A DNA stretch of 64,000 nucleotides, from positions 350,767 to 414,766 of the forward strand of contig CP011216.1 in the NCBI GenBank assembly GCA_001029795.1. Reading direction: 5' to 3'. Source of the DNA: a candidate division Kazan bacterium GW2011_GWA1_50_15. GTDB taxonomy: Bacteria > Patescibacteriota > Kazan-3B-28. The notes under the pieces were generated by a model. It saw nothing but the letters and a program-made list of their open reading frames with translations. It had not been told where the DNA came from and made no database searches. The position numbers were made by a program, and so were the translations under genes. Shown piece by piece: positions 8,980 through 17,510 of this stretch. Each line of letters opens with the position of its first letter. Position 1 is the stretch's first letter.

Positions 8980-10908
8980 ATGAACAGTCTCAGATATGAC
9001 CTGGAGAGGTCCCTCCGCCAGGCGTTGCGTGACGCGATAGCTACCCTCTTCCAGCTCAATCTGGAACTGGAGACTATCTCGATCAACGCCTCTGACCGCG
9101 CGGAGTTCGGCGATCTGTCGTGCCCGCTGCTTAGTCTGGCTAAACAGCTTCACACCAAACCCATCGAGATAGCGGAGAAGGTGCAAGCCGCTCTTCCGCC
9201 TATCCCTTATGTGGCCAAGACGACCGTCACGGCGCCGGGCTACGTCAACTTCTTCCTCGATTTCCCCGCCCTCTGGCGGGAGGTCACGGACAGAGTGAAC
9301 ACCACCGGCGGCGGGTTCTGGAACAAGACCGAGAAAGTTTTGATTGAGCACACCTCGGTCAACCCCAACAAGGCCGCCCATACCGGCCATCTCCGCAACG
9401 CGGTCTTGGGCGATTCGCTCGCCCGCATCTACCGTTTTGCTGGAGCGCCAGTGGAGGTACAGAACTACATCGACGATCTGGGAGTCCAGGTGGCTGATGT
9501 GGTAACGGCCCTGACGTTGCCTTCGGCTGACTACGAAGATCGTCCTCAGCGCGAACATTACGAGAAACCGGACTACTTCTATTGGGACTTGTATACGTGG
9601 TTCAACGCCCACACTGTCAAGGTCCAGCAGGAAGATGGTTCGATGAAAGACGAGCTCGACCCCAAACTCGAAACCAAGCGGAAGCAAACGATGCACGCCA
9701 TCGAAGCGGGCGACCCGGATGTCACCGCAGTGGTCGATCAGGTCGCTACCGAAGTGGTTGATGCTCACCTGGCCACCATGGCTCGGTTGGGCATCGCTTA
9801 CGATCTGCTCGTCTGGGAGAGCGACATCATCAAGTTAAAGTTGTGGGAACACGTCTTCAATCTTCTCAAGGCCAAGAAGGCCGTTCACTATCGCACCGCG
9901 GGTGTCAACCAAGGCACCTGGGTGGTGGAGTACGGCGACCCGAACCAAGAGAAGGAGGACAAGATCCTGGTCCGCAGCGATGGTTCCTTGGTGTACACAG
10001 CCAAGGACATTGCTTATCAGATGTGGAAGTTCGGTCTCGTTGATATCGACTTCCATTACAGGCTGTGGCCAACTCAATCGGGTCTCTGGTCCACCACTTC
10101 CGATGCCAACAAAGCAACGGGTGGACACCCCCACCAGTTCGGCCGTGCCGCGCGAGTCATTAATGTCATTGACAAGCGACAGGCCTATCCGCAGGAGATC
10201 GTCTACAAGTCTCTGGCCAACCTTGGCTTCTCCGAACAGTCCGCTAATTCCCTACATCTCGCATACGATGTCGTATCCCTCTCCCCCGCCACGGCGGAGC
10301 GGATGGGTATCGACACCGGCAGTGGCGCCAAGTCGTACCCCATGTCCGGTCGTAAGGGCATCGGGGTTAAGATCGATGATTTCATCGACCAGACCATCGC
10401 TGCCGTCAAGGAACGCACCCCCGAAGTTACCACCGAGATAGCGGAGGGACTGGCCATTGCCACCATCCGCTACTATATGCTAAGTTTGGGGGCGGATAAG
10501 GAGCTGACCTTTGACATTGATCAGGCTCTGAAGGCCACAGGCAACACAGGAGTGTACATTATGTACTCCTACGCCCGAGCAGCCAACATTCTGGCCAAGG
10601 TGAGTGACGATATCGGTCCGACGACGACCATGCCAGACGAGCTATCCGCCATCGAGCGGACGCTCATCTTGAAACTGGCCAGCCTGGACCAGGCCATTCG
10701 CAAAAGTATCGTCCAGGATGATCCTAATCACCTGATCCAGTACGTGTTCGAACTGGCTACGGGTTTCAGCACGTTTTACGAAAGCACGCCCATTCTGAAG
10801 GGCGATCCCCACTTGCGGCCATTCCGGCTGCAGCTCGTCGCGCTCTATCAGCAGACCTTAGCGAACGCGATGAACTGCCTCGGCATTCCGCCGCTGGACA
10901 AGATCTAA
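8980..10908 (+). CDS. argS: arginyl-tRNA synthetase
   Basis: Arg_tRNA_synt_N-like N-terminus, class I HIGH motif (AHTGHLRN) and a DALR-type C-terminal domain; 642 aa. Confidence 0.85.
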   Translation: MNSLRYDLERSLRQALRDAIATLFQLNLELETISINASDRAEFGDLSCPLLSLAKQLHTKPIEIAEKVQAALPPIPYVAKTTVTAPGYVNFFLDFPALWREVTDRVNTTGGGFWNKTEKVLIEHTSVNPNKAAHTGHLRNAVLGDSLARIYRFAGAPVEVQNYIDDLGVQVADVVTALTLPSADYEDRPQREHYEKPDYFYWDLYTWFNAHTVKVQQEDGSMKDELDPKLETKRKQTMHAIEAGDPDVTAVVDQVATEVVDAHLATMARLGIAYDLLVWESDIIKLKLWEHVFNLLKAKKAVHYRTAGVNQGTWVVEYGDPNQEKEDKILVRSDGSLVYTAKDIAYQMWKFGLVDIDFHYRLWPTQSGLWSTTSDANKATGGHPHQFGRAARVINVIDKRQAYPQEIVYKSLANLGFSEQSANSLHLAYDVVSLSPATAERMGIDTGSGAKSYPMSGRKGIGVKIDDFIDQTIAAVKERTPEVTTEIAEGLAIATIRYYMLSLGADKELTFDIDQALKATGNTGVYIMYSYARAANILAKVSDDIGPTTTMPDELSAIERTLILKLASLDQAIRKSIVQDDPNHLIQYVFELATGFSTFYESTPILKGDPHLRPFRLQLVALYQQTLANAMNCLGIPPLDKI

Positions 10909-10931
10909 ATCGCCTTTCCCCCATTCATTAA

Positions 10932-11005
10932 CCACCCGTAGCTCAGCGGACCAGAGCGTCTGACTACGGATCAGAAGGTCGTGGGTTCAAATCCCATCGG
11001 GTGGT
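10932..11005 (+). tRNA. tRNA-Arg (anticodon ACG)
   Basis: Hand-folded cloverleaf: acceptor CCACCCG/CGGGTGG, anticodon loop CTACGGA, T-loop TTCAAAT. Confidence 0.8.
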
Positions 11006-11028
11006 TATTTTCTCCGCTCTACCTCCGT

Positions 11029-11100
11029 GCGCCTATAGCTCAACGGACAGAGCATCCGCCTTCTAAGCGGGGGGTGCGGGTTCGACTCCCGCTAGGCGTA
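11029..11100 (+). tRNA. tRNA-Arg (anticodon TCT)
   Basis: Acceptor GCGCCTA/TAGGCGT, anticodon loop CTTCTAA, T-arm GCGGG-TTCGACT-CCCGC. Confidence 0.8.
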
Positions 11101-11108
11101 GGTTTACT

Positions 11109-11182
11109 GCGCTTGTAGCTCAGCGGACTAGAGCGCGAGATTCCGAATCTCGAGGGCGGGGGTTCAAATCCCCTCAAGCGCA
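11109..11182 (+). tRNA. tRNA-Arg (anticodon CCG)
   Basis: Acceptor GCGCTTG/CAAGCGC, anticodon loop TTCCGAA. Confidence 0.8.
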
Positions 11183-11195
11183 TTTGTTCTTTCTT

Positions 11196-11267
11196 GCCTC
11201 CGTAGCTCAATGGATAGAGCAGCAGTTTCCTAAACTGCGGGTACGGGTTCAACTCCCGTCGGGGGCC
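11196..11267 (+). tRNA. tRNA-Arg (anticodon CCT)
   Basis: Acceptor GCCTCCG/CGGGGGC, anticodon loop TTCCTAA, T-arm ACGGG-TTCAACT-CCCGT. Confidence 0.8.
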
Positions 11268-11291
11268 ATAACTTGCTCATTGTATCAACCA

Positions 11292-11325
11292 AATCCCCCT
11301 CTCATGAACGAGAGGGGATTTTTTA
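11292..11325 (+). terminator. rho-independent terminator after the tRNA-Arg array
   Basis: ATCCCCCTCTC-atgaac-GAGAGGGGAT followed by TTTTTT. Confidence 0.65.
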
Positions 11326-11333
11326 GATCTTGC

Positions 11334-12416
11334 TCAGTCGTTAACGTATCTCTGGAGCAGCTCCACTACCCTGACCATATCTTTGAGCTTAACCGTTTCG
11401 GTGGTCATATGCGGATTTTTGTAGCCAGCTCCGATATCTAGCGGCCGGAAGTCCTTGCCCACCAGGGTGTTGGCGTCTGAGGCTCCGCCAGAGACCTTTA
11501 GTCGTGGACGGATGCCGACCAGTTTCATCAGTTTGACCGCCTTTTTGATGTGCGGGTCGGTGTGGCTGTAGCAATACCCCTCGCACCAGAGTTCGCGGTG
11601 GATACTGGCCCTCACCCCTAGGGGCTTGGCGGCGGATTCAACAGCCGCTTTGGTCTGAGCAAATATCTTGTCTGCCCTGGAGCGCTCGTGGCTACGGATC
11701 TCGCCTTTGAAGGTGGCGCTGGCTGGCACGGCGTTGATCGCCTGGCCGGAGGCTAGGAACCCAACATTGGCCGTACTCCGGTCGTCTATCCGTCCCACCG
11801 GGATATCGGCGATAGCCCGGGCGGCGACCAGTAGAGCGTTGCGGCCCTTCTCTGGTTCGGCGCCCGAGTGAGCGGCCCGCCCGGTCAGCTCGACCTCGTA
11901 CTCAAAAATGAACGGCGCGGCTGTGGTGATCTTGCCCGACTCGCCGGCATCGAGTATCAGCATCTCGCGTCCCTTTAACCACTCGGGCCTCACCGCCCTG
12001 GCTCCAGTCGCTCCCCGTTCCTCGTCCACCGTGAAGAGTATTTCGATTGACCGTTCGTTTACGAACCCGTCTTTGATGGTAGTGAGTAGCTCTAGTATCT
12101 CCGCCACGCCGGACTTGTCATCGGCTCCTAAGATTGTCGCCCCGCGGCTAGTGAACACACCTTTTTTAAAAACCGGCACTATCCCTCGGCCCGGTTCGAC
12201 GGTATCGAGGTGGGCGCAGAGGACGAGCGGCGCTTCGCCAGTTTTGCCTGGGATGCGCGCGTAGAGATTACCGCGGCTATCTTGTTTAGCGGGTACGTTA
12301 AGCGTGCGTAAATATTTTTTAATATATTTAATTACGCGCGTTTCTTCGCCCGATGGCGAATCAATTTTTACTAAATCGGTAAATAGTTTACTTAATCTTT
12401 GCGAATTAATTTTCAT
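11334..12416 (-). CDS. M20-family metallopeptidase (PepT-like)
   Basis: CAHLDTV (HxDxV metal-binding motif) plus Gly-rich and acidic metal-ligand segments; 360 aa. Confidence 0.65.
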   Translation of the reverse strand: MKINSQRLSKLFTDLVKIDSPSGEETRVIKYIKKYLRTLNVPAKQDSRGNLYARIPGKTGEAPLVLCAHLDTVEPGRGIVPVFKKGVFTSRGATILGADDKSGVAEILELLTTIKDGFVNERSIEILFTVDEERGATGARAVRPEWLKGREMLILDAGESGKITTAAPFIFEYEVELTGRAAHSGAEPEKGRNALLVAARAIADIPVGRIDDRSTANVGFLASGQAINAVPASATFKGEIRSHERSRADKIFAQTKAAVESAAKPLGVRASIHRELWCEGYCYSHTDPHIKKAVKLMKLVGIRPRLKVSGGASDANTLVGKDFRPLDIGAGYKNPHMTTETVKLKDMVRVVELLQRYVND

Positions 12417-12471
12417 AAGTTAAATTGACCAATTAATACTGTATCATTATACCCGCAAGTCCCGGCTACCG

Positions 12472-12520
12472 CAGGGGTTAGCCCCACCCGGGGGCCCTCC
12501 GTGGTGGGTGCGGACCTGGC
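12472..12520. other. GC-rich extended hairpin in the divergent intergenic region
   Basis: GCCCCACC ... GGTGGGGC outer stem with a nested CCCACC/GGTGGG alternative pairing; the local GC is far above its surroundings. Confidence 0.3.
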
Positions 12521-12642
12521 CAGGTGGGGCAAAAAGAGGACTAAATCTGGCCCGGATTTATATCAATAAACTAGCCCTAGAGGCGATTTTAGCTCTGCCC
12601 AGTCATTCTGCCCCAGCCGCATCTAACGGGGGTGTTCTCCTA

Positions 12643-12671
12643 ACCGACTATTGACAGAGATTAGGAAGTGT
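12643..12671 (+). promoter_or_regulatory. sigma70-like promoter with extended -10
   Basis: TTGACA-17 nt-TGaTATACT, about 175 nt upstream of the WxL-like gene. Confidence 0.55.
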
Positions 12672-12786
12672 GATATACTGAAATAATTACGCTGAGACGG
12701 GTGGAGTGGGACCAGATGGCTGGCTCGTCCGGATCTGAAAAATTACTCGGTTCTGACTTGGATGCCGGCAACGAAAAAAAATTATA

Positions 12787-12816
12787 AAAAAGTGTTGCAT
12801 TAGTTTTATAAAAAAG
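12787..12816 (+). promoter_or_regulatory. second sigma70-like promoter
   Basis: TTGCAT-18 nt-TATAGT, followed by a GGGGGT SD and the ATG at 12848. Confidence 0.45.
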
Positions 12817-12847
12817 TTTATAGTCAAATTGTTGCGGGGGTAATAGC

Positions 12848-13480
12848 ATGAAAAATAAAATCACTCTCTTTCTGCGCAAGCAAGCCGAAGTCAATCGCCA
12901 AGCGTTGGTCTTGGGCGCGGTTTTGTTTTTCACTGGGTTAATGTCTACCGGCATCGTGAGCATGGTGCGAGCCGCCACAGACAACACCAATGTTTCCTTA
13001 AATGTAGCCGCTGGTGCGCTTTCCGTTACTGCTCCCGCCCAGCTGAACTTCAACCAAGGTACCTCGACTCCGGGTGGCACCGCTATTATGAACACTGGTA
13101 CGGGCAATATTATCGAAACGAACGACCCGCGAGGTACTGGAGCGGGTTGGACACTGAGCGGATATTACAACAACATCTTTGAGAATGCCGATAAGAGCGT
13201 TAACTTGAAAATAAATGACACCGGTTCCGTCCTGCGAGCGCTGTGGAAGCCTAACGATATGACCATCGAAAATAATACTGGTGTTTCTGGCGATGTCCAA
13301 GAGAGTGTTATGAACAACTTCCCCAACATTGGTTCTGGCAACAAGTTGCCCATGGCGGTGGCCGCTTCTGGTAACGGGCAAGGTACTTTCAACTATGTTA
13401 ACTTGCAGTTCAACTACAACGTTTCGACCGAAGCCACTCCAGAGGATTACACTACCGAGTTTATCTTCGAGCTTGTCTAA
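12848..13480 (+). CDS. secreted WxL-domain-like surface protein
   Basis: Signal peptide followed by a beta-rich N/T/G-rich body. It has the LxVxAPxQLNF entry motif and DPRGTGAGWTLSGYY, which matches the first WxL-domain motif (D-x-RG-x3-GW-x-L). 210 aa. Confidence 0.55.
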   Translation: MKNKITLFLRKQAEVNRQALVLGAVLFFTGLMSTGIVSMVRAATDNTNVSLNVAAGALSVTAPAQLNFNQGTSTPGGTAIMNTGTGNIIETNDPRGTGAGWTLSGYYNNIFENADKSVNLKINDTGSVLRALWKPNDMTIENNTGVSGDVQESVMNNFPNIGSGNKLPMAVAASGNGQGTFNYVNLQFNYNVSTEATPEDYTTEFIFELV

Positions 13481-13502
13481 CGGATAGTTAAATTTGCATA
13501 AA

Positions 13503-13534
13503 AAAACGGCGAGCCGATTAGCTCGCTGTTTTTA
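13503..13534 (+). terminator. rho-independent terminator
   Basis: GCGAGC-cgatta-GCTCGC followed by TGTTTTT. Confidence 0.55.
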
Positions 13535-13597
13535 AGTTTACCAGCTATACACCTCGGACATAGAGTGGTCTCGTCGCTCGTGATAGTATAAACTTGT

Positions 13598-15157
13598 ATG
13601 TCTCGTCACCCAAAACCAGAATCAACTCGGTGGTCAGCCCCATTCATCTGGGCCTGGCCTCATTTTCGGATGAGCATTGTGGAGTGGCTATTGATTCTGC
13701 CCCTACTGGCCCTAAGTGCTAGACCACTCGTTGACCCCGACTTTGGCTGGCACCTGCGCTCCGGGATGGACCTGCTGAAAAATCTGTCTGTCCCCCGGTT
13801 GGACCCGTATTCGTACACCGCTCCCCACTGGCCGTGGGTTAACCATGAATGGTTGAGCGACGGGATGGCGGCCTTCGTCTACAACATCGGAGGCCCGTTC
13901 GTCCTGATTGCTCTCTTTGCCCTAACCGTCAGCGGGGCTTTCTTGTTGGCGGCGTCTCTCGGCAAACTGGAGCTAAAATACAAACTGCTGGCCAGCGTGA
14001 TGGCCGGGTTGGCCGCCTTACCCATCCTAGGAGTGCGGATGCAGATGCTCACCCTGCTGGGAATGGCTTTGGTGCTGTGGGCGCTTTATCGTTTCCGCAA
14101 TAAAGAAATAAAAAATCTTTGGTGGCTGATACCGGTGTTCTGGCTGTGGACCAATCTGCACGGAGGATTCCTGATGGGGTTAGTTATCTTGGCGGTGTTC
14201 TTTGTGGCTGAAATCATTAAATATACCAGCGAGCGGGTTTGGCCAAAATTTTATCGGCGTCTGCATATCGCCGAAGTTGGTTTTTCGCTCCCCCAATTGC
14301 GTCATTTGATCTGGGTGGGGTTGGGTTCGGGACTAGTAACGCTCATTAACCCTTACGGCTGGGGGCTGTACTACGATTTCTACAAACTATTTTCCACGCC
14401 TTTTGCTACTGAAAGCATCGCCGAGTGGCAGCCGGTTATCCTAAGCAATATTGGCGCTCAGAACTACACCATATATATATCGGTGCTACTCTTGCTCCTG
14501 CTTTTAACCTACCGCAAGGTGGAACCGACCCGCTGGCTATTGATGGGAGTGTTCTTCTATCTTTCACTCCTGTATTGGCGGAACTTGCCGTTCTTTATGA
14601 TCGTTAGCGTGGGATTTTTGGCCGAGACCATCTATCAACATACTCATCTGGTTTTTGATGGTATGGTGCGTAACCGCTACACCCTATTGGTAATCACAGC
14701 GGTCGTAGCCAGCATGGTCGCTCAGTGGATATCGGATGTCATCCCCAAAACAGCTAATCTAGACGCGACCTTCGCGGCTGGCGGATACCCCATCAACGCA
14801 GTCAACTGGGCCAAGACCAACCCCGATAAGCTCGGGACTAAAATGTTCAATGAGTATGGCCACGGTGGCTTCCTCGTGTGGCAGTTCCCCGAACAAAAGG
14901 TGTTCATCGATGGCCGAATGCCTTATTGGAGAACGGACAATGACCGGTTAGTTTTTTATGATGAGCAATATATTTTGAACGCTCGCCCGGGGGCTATCGA
15001 GATGATGCAACAAGAGTACGGCGTGGACTGGGTGTTCATTCGGGCTGGCCTGCCATTGGACTGGGCATTAGATGGACAGGCAGACACTTGGGAAAAAGTT
15101 TACTACGATCGCTACGAGGTAATTTATCGCAAGAAGCCGGCAAATGCCGTACAATAA
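13598..15157 (+). CDS. polytopic membrane protein, putative GT-C-type (YfhO/ArnT-like) glycosyltransferase
   Basis: 519 aa with at least 10 predicted TM helices, a DPDFGWH acidic motif in the first extracytoplasmic loop and a roughly 150-aa C-terminal soluble domain. Confidence 0.35.
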   Translation: MSRHPKPESTRWSAPFIWAWPHFRMSIVEWLLILPLLALSARPLVDPDFGWHLRSGMDLLKNLSVPRLDPYSYTAPHWPWVNHEWLSDGMAAFVYNIGGPFVLIALFALTVSGAFLLAASLGKLELKYKLLASVMAGLAALPILGVRMQMLTLLGMALVLWALYRFRNKEIKNLWWLIPVFWLWTNLHGGFLMGLVILAVFFVAEIIKYTSERVWPKFYRRLHIAEVGFSLPQLRHLIWVGLGSGLVTLINPYGWGLYYDFYKLFSTPFATESIAEWQPVILSNIGAQNYTIYISVLLLLLLLTYRKVEPTRWLLMGVFFYLSLLYWRNLPFFMIVSVGFLAETIYQHTHLVFDGMVRNRYTLLVITAVVASMVAQWISDVIPKTANLDATFAAGGYPINAVNWAKTNPDKLGTKMFNEYGHGGFLVWQFPEQKVFIDGRMPYWRTDNDRLVFYDEQYILNARPGAIEMMQQEYGVDWVFIRAGLPLDWALDGQADTWEKVYYDRYEVIYRKKPANAVQ

Positions 15158-15172
15158 GGTTTGTAACAGGAC

Positions 15173-16573
15173 ATGACTGTCAAAACAAAATTTTTTAGTG
15201 GGGGGTTACTGGGGATTATTCTGCTCACTTCTTTGTCGACTCCGGTGGTGGCCTTAGAAGCCGGCGGAGCGGGTATCGCCCCGGCTAATCCCCGGCCTGA
15301 CGAGCCCCTGTCCTCTAGTTGGTTTATCTATGAAGTTAATCCCGGGGATGTATTAGAAGACGATGTCTGGGTACTCAACACTTCGGATAAACCGCTCAAG
15401 ATCAGTATCGACGCGGTCGATGCTATGTCGTTGGGCGGCGGCGGCTTTGGCTTGTTAGATAGATTCCAACCCAATCCCAATCTGGGTGACTGGGTGACAT
15501 TAGAGGCCAGAGAGCTCGAAGTGGCGCCCAAATCTAAAACCAAAGTGCATTTCAAGATTACCGTTCCGGCCGACCCGGAGGTGGGCGACCATATCGGCGG
15601 ACTGGTAGTGATGAAAATGGATAGTGCGCCTGACGCGGTCAGTAAATCGGGCGGAGCGACCGTCAATATTCGGACACGAGTAGGGGCCCGAATCTATCTG
15701 ACCGTCCTAGGGGACATTCATCGTGGCTGGAAAATTTTAGGGAAATCGTTCTTTGGCCGGGGCGATAAGATGGTACTGCGTTTCAAAGTAGCCAACTCCG
15801 GTAATGTCCGAGCTCGCTTCCAGGGTGATGTGCGGATTTATGGTTTGTTTGGCCTGTACGACAAGTGGCCTGACTTAGATGTTGGCGAAATCTGGCCCGG
15901 CAAAACTAACCTTCAAGAGATAGTTTGGCCCGGAAAACCTCGACCAATCTTTGGGCCGTATTTGATGATAGCCACCATCAAAGACACCTATACGCCCATA
16001 TTGGAAACTAGCACTATCCCACCCGCTCCGAAGCCAGTAACGGTCTGGGCGATTACTTTCTTTATCCCTTATCTGCAAAGCTTGATTTTACTGTTCCTGG
16101 TATTCATCGTTTGGTTCATCATCCAATTGCGCCGCTGGCGGCGGATGGTACGGCTGGCCCGCACCGAAGTGGTGGCATACAAGCTCAAAAAAGGCGACCA
16201 TTTGATGGACATCGCCGCCAAGTATGACATCAACTGGAAGTTCCTGGCTCAATTAAATGACATTAAGCCACCATATAGTTTGCACGGGTTGACTACCGTT
16301 TATGTCCCGGACGCTAGGGGGGCTCGGCGGAATATCCCTCTGCCCCGCTTCTGGGGCCCGCTATTTGCTTCGCTCACTCGTTGGCTAAAGTGGTTTAAGA
16401 CAGCTAAGCCATATCAGGTGATCGTGGTGGAAAAAGGCGATACTAAAAAGGTAATCGAGAACTTTACGGGGCTAACCTGGGCTGAAATTCTCCGCTATAA
16501 CAAGTTCCCGGCTACCACTAAGCCCAAAATTGGGCTAGAGATGAAGATCCCAGCGAAACGTAGAAGAAGATAA
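15173..16573 (+). CDS. DUF916/DUF3324-type cell-surface protein with a membrane anchor and two C-terminal LysM domains
   Basis: After the signal peptide, SWFIYEVNPGDVLEDDVWVLNTSDKPLKISIDA matches the DUF916 core (YFDLxVxPGQ ... NxSDKPxxV). A 30-aa hydrophobic segment is followed by RRWRR, then two LysM-like units (YKLKKGDHLMDIAAKYDINWKFLAQLN and VIVVEKGDTKKVIENFTGLTWAEILRYN). Confidence 0.6.
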   Translation: MTVKTKFFSGGLLGIILLTSLSTPVVALEAGGAGIAPANPRPDEPLSSSWFIYEVNPGDVLEDDVWVLNTSDKPLKISIDAVDAMSLGGGGFGLLDRFQPNPNLGDWVTLEARELEVAPKSKTKVHFKITVPADPEVGDHIGGLVVMKMDSAPDAVSKSGGATVNIRTRVGARIYLTVLGDIHRGWKILGKSFFGRGDKMVLRFKVANSGNVRARFQGDVRIYGLFGLYDKWPDLDVGEIWPGKTNLQEIVWPGKPRPIFGPYLMIATIKDTYTPILETSTIPPAPKPVTVWAITFFIPYLQSLILLFLVFIVWFIIQLRRWRRMVRLARTEVVAYKLKKGDHLMDIAAKYDINWKFLAQLNDIKPPYSLHGLTTVYVPDARGARRNIPLPRFWGPLFASLTRWLKWFKTAKPYQVIVVEKGDTKKVIENFTGLTWAEILRYNKFPATTKPKIGLEMKIPAKRRRR

Positions 16574-16593
16574 CAACGTTAAGCCGGGGTAGA

Positions 16594-16625
16594 GAAAAAC
16601 CTGCTTTCAGAGCAGGTTTTTCTTA
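16594..16625 (+). terminator. rho-independent terminator
   Basis: AAAACCTGCT-ttcag-AGCAGGTTTT. Confidence 0.65.
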
Positions 16626-16660
16626 TGCCCCAATTCGGCCCATCTTCCTCCTATGGGCTA

Positions 16661-16689
16661 TTGACATATACCACAAAATATGATATAAT
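16661..16689 (+). promoter_or_regulatory. consensus sigma70 promoter with extended -10
   Basis: TTGACA-17 nt-TGaTATAAT; the AAGGAGG downstream at 16713 has no start codon at the proper spacing. Confidence 0.6.
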
Positions 16690-16760
16690 GGAATGATAGC
16701 CGAAGTGAAACCAAGGAGGACATAAACTCAACTTATTAACCAAGAAAAATCAAAAATAAA

Positions 16761-17447
16761 ATGTTCCATCAGTACCGGCTTGCTCCGGAGCCACTCCAAG
16801 TAGCCAGACATCGGCAGGGGGTGCGGAATGTCCGATGGCAGTTGCGCCACCAGGCGGCGATGCATCGTCAGATGCTCGTTTTGGGCATTGCCTTGTTCGC
16901 GACCGGCACGATGCTCATGGGTATCCCCCAGTTCACTCATGCCGATCCCACCGCCGATACGAATATGGCTCTCAATGTTACCTCTGGTGCTTTGAGCTTA
17001 GACAATGCACCCACCCAGTTAAACTTCACTGCCAGCTCTCCAGGTACCACCACTACTGCCAACACCGACGACGACGGAGTGATTAGTAATGATACCCGAG
17101 GTTCCCAGGCCGGTTGGGATGTGACTGGGTATATCCTCAATAATTTCTACCGCGCGTCCGCTCCCAGCACCCAGATGGATATCATTACGCGTCTGCGCTG
17201 GTTTGCTAACGCGGCCACCATCGCCAATATTACCGGCGCAGACGGTGAGGCAGTTCAGGGCGCCAACGCCAACTTCAACTATGTGGATGAGGCGGGCAAT
17301 TCACTGACCCTAATGAGCGATTCTGGTACTGGTGAAAATGGCGCTGGCGCCTTTAATCTGACCAACCTCAAATTTAACTACGACATCCCTCCGGGTGCCA
17401 CACCGGCCAGCGACTACAAGACCACTCTGCGACTAACCATCGCTTAA
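16761..17447 (+). CDS. secreted WxL-domain-like surface protein (paralog of 12848..13480)
   Basis: Same architecture as the first one, with NDTRGSQAGWDVTGY (GW-x-V variant of the motif) and the matching C-terminal Y-K-T-T-L-R-L strand. The start is uncertain; the signal peptide is the MHRQMLVLGIALFATGT segment. Confidence 0.5.
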   Translation: MFHQYRLAPEPLQVARHRQGVRNVRWQLRHQAAMHRQMLVLGIALFATGTMLMGIPQFTHADPTADTNMALNVTSGALSLDNAPTQLNFTASSPGTTTTANTDDDGVISNDTRGSQAGWDVTGYILNNFYRASAPSTQMDIITRLRWFANAATIANITGADGEAVQGANANFNYVDEAGNSLTLMSDSGTGENGAGAFNLTNLKFNYDIPPGATPASDYKTTLRLTIA

Positions 17448-17510
17448 TGTCACAAGTCCGGCTACTTTGATAGCGGTGCGGGTGGAGTTCGGCCTCGCTT
17501 TTAAAGTACA

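Noticed and set aside
6518-10466. Antisense or alternative-frame track ORFs within the ATP-grasp, arcA and argS genes (6518..7057-, 7563..8039-, 7751..8077-, 8331..8885-, 8974..9768-, 9835..10134-, 9902..10441+, 10203..10466-)
   Set aside because: They lie wholly inside well-supported genes on the opposite strand or in an alternative frame. They have Pro/Arg/Ser-rich low-complexity translations typical of antisense GC-rich frames.
12440-12560. GC-rich hairpin as SRP RNA, 6S RNA or RNase P RNA
   Set aside because: No SRP domain IV motif (GGAAGGAAGCAGC-like), it is too short for RNase P, and no P4 motif (AGGAAAGTCCGG) was found anywhere in the window. Kept only as an unexplained structured element.
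16713-16719. Perfect AAGGAGG Shine-Dalgarno 40 nt upstream of the second WxL-like gene
   Set aside because: No ATG/GTG/TTG lies at 5-10 nt spacing (the next in-frame triplets include TAA). It is probably fortuitous or serves a tiny uORF I cannot support.
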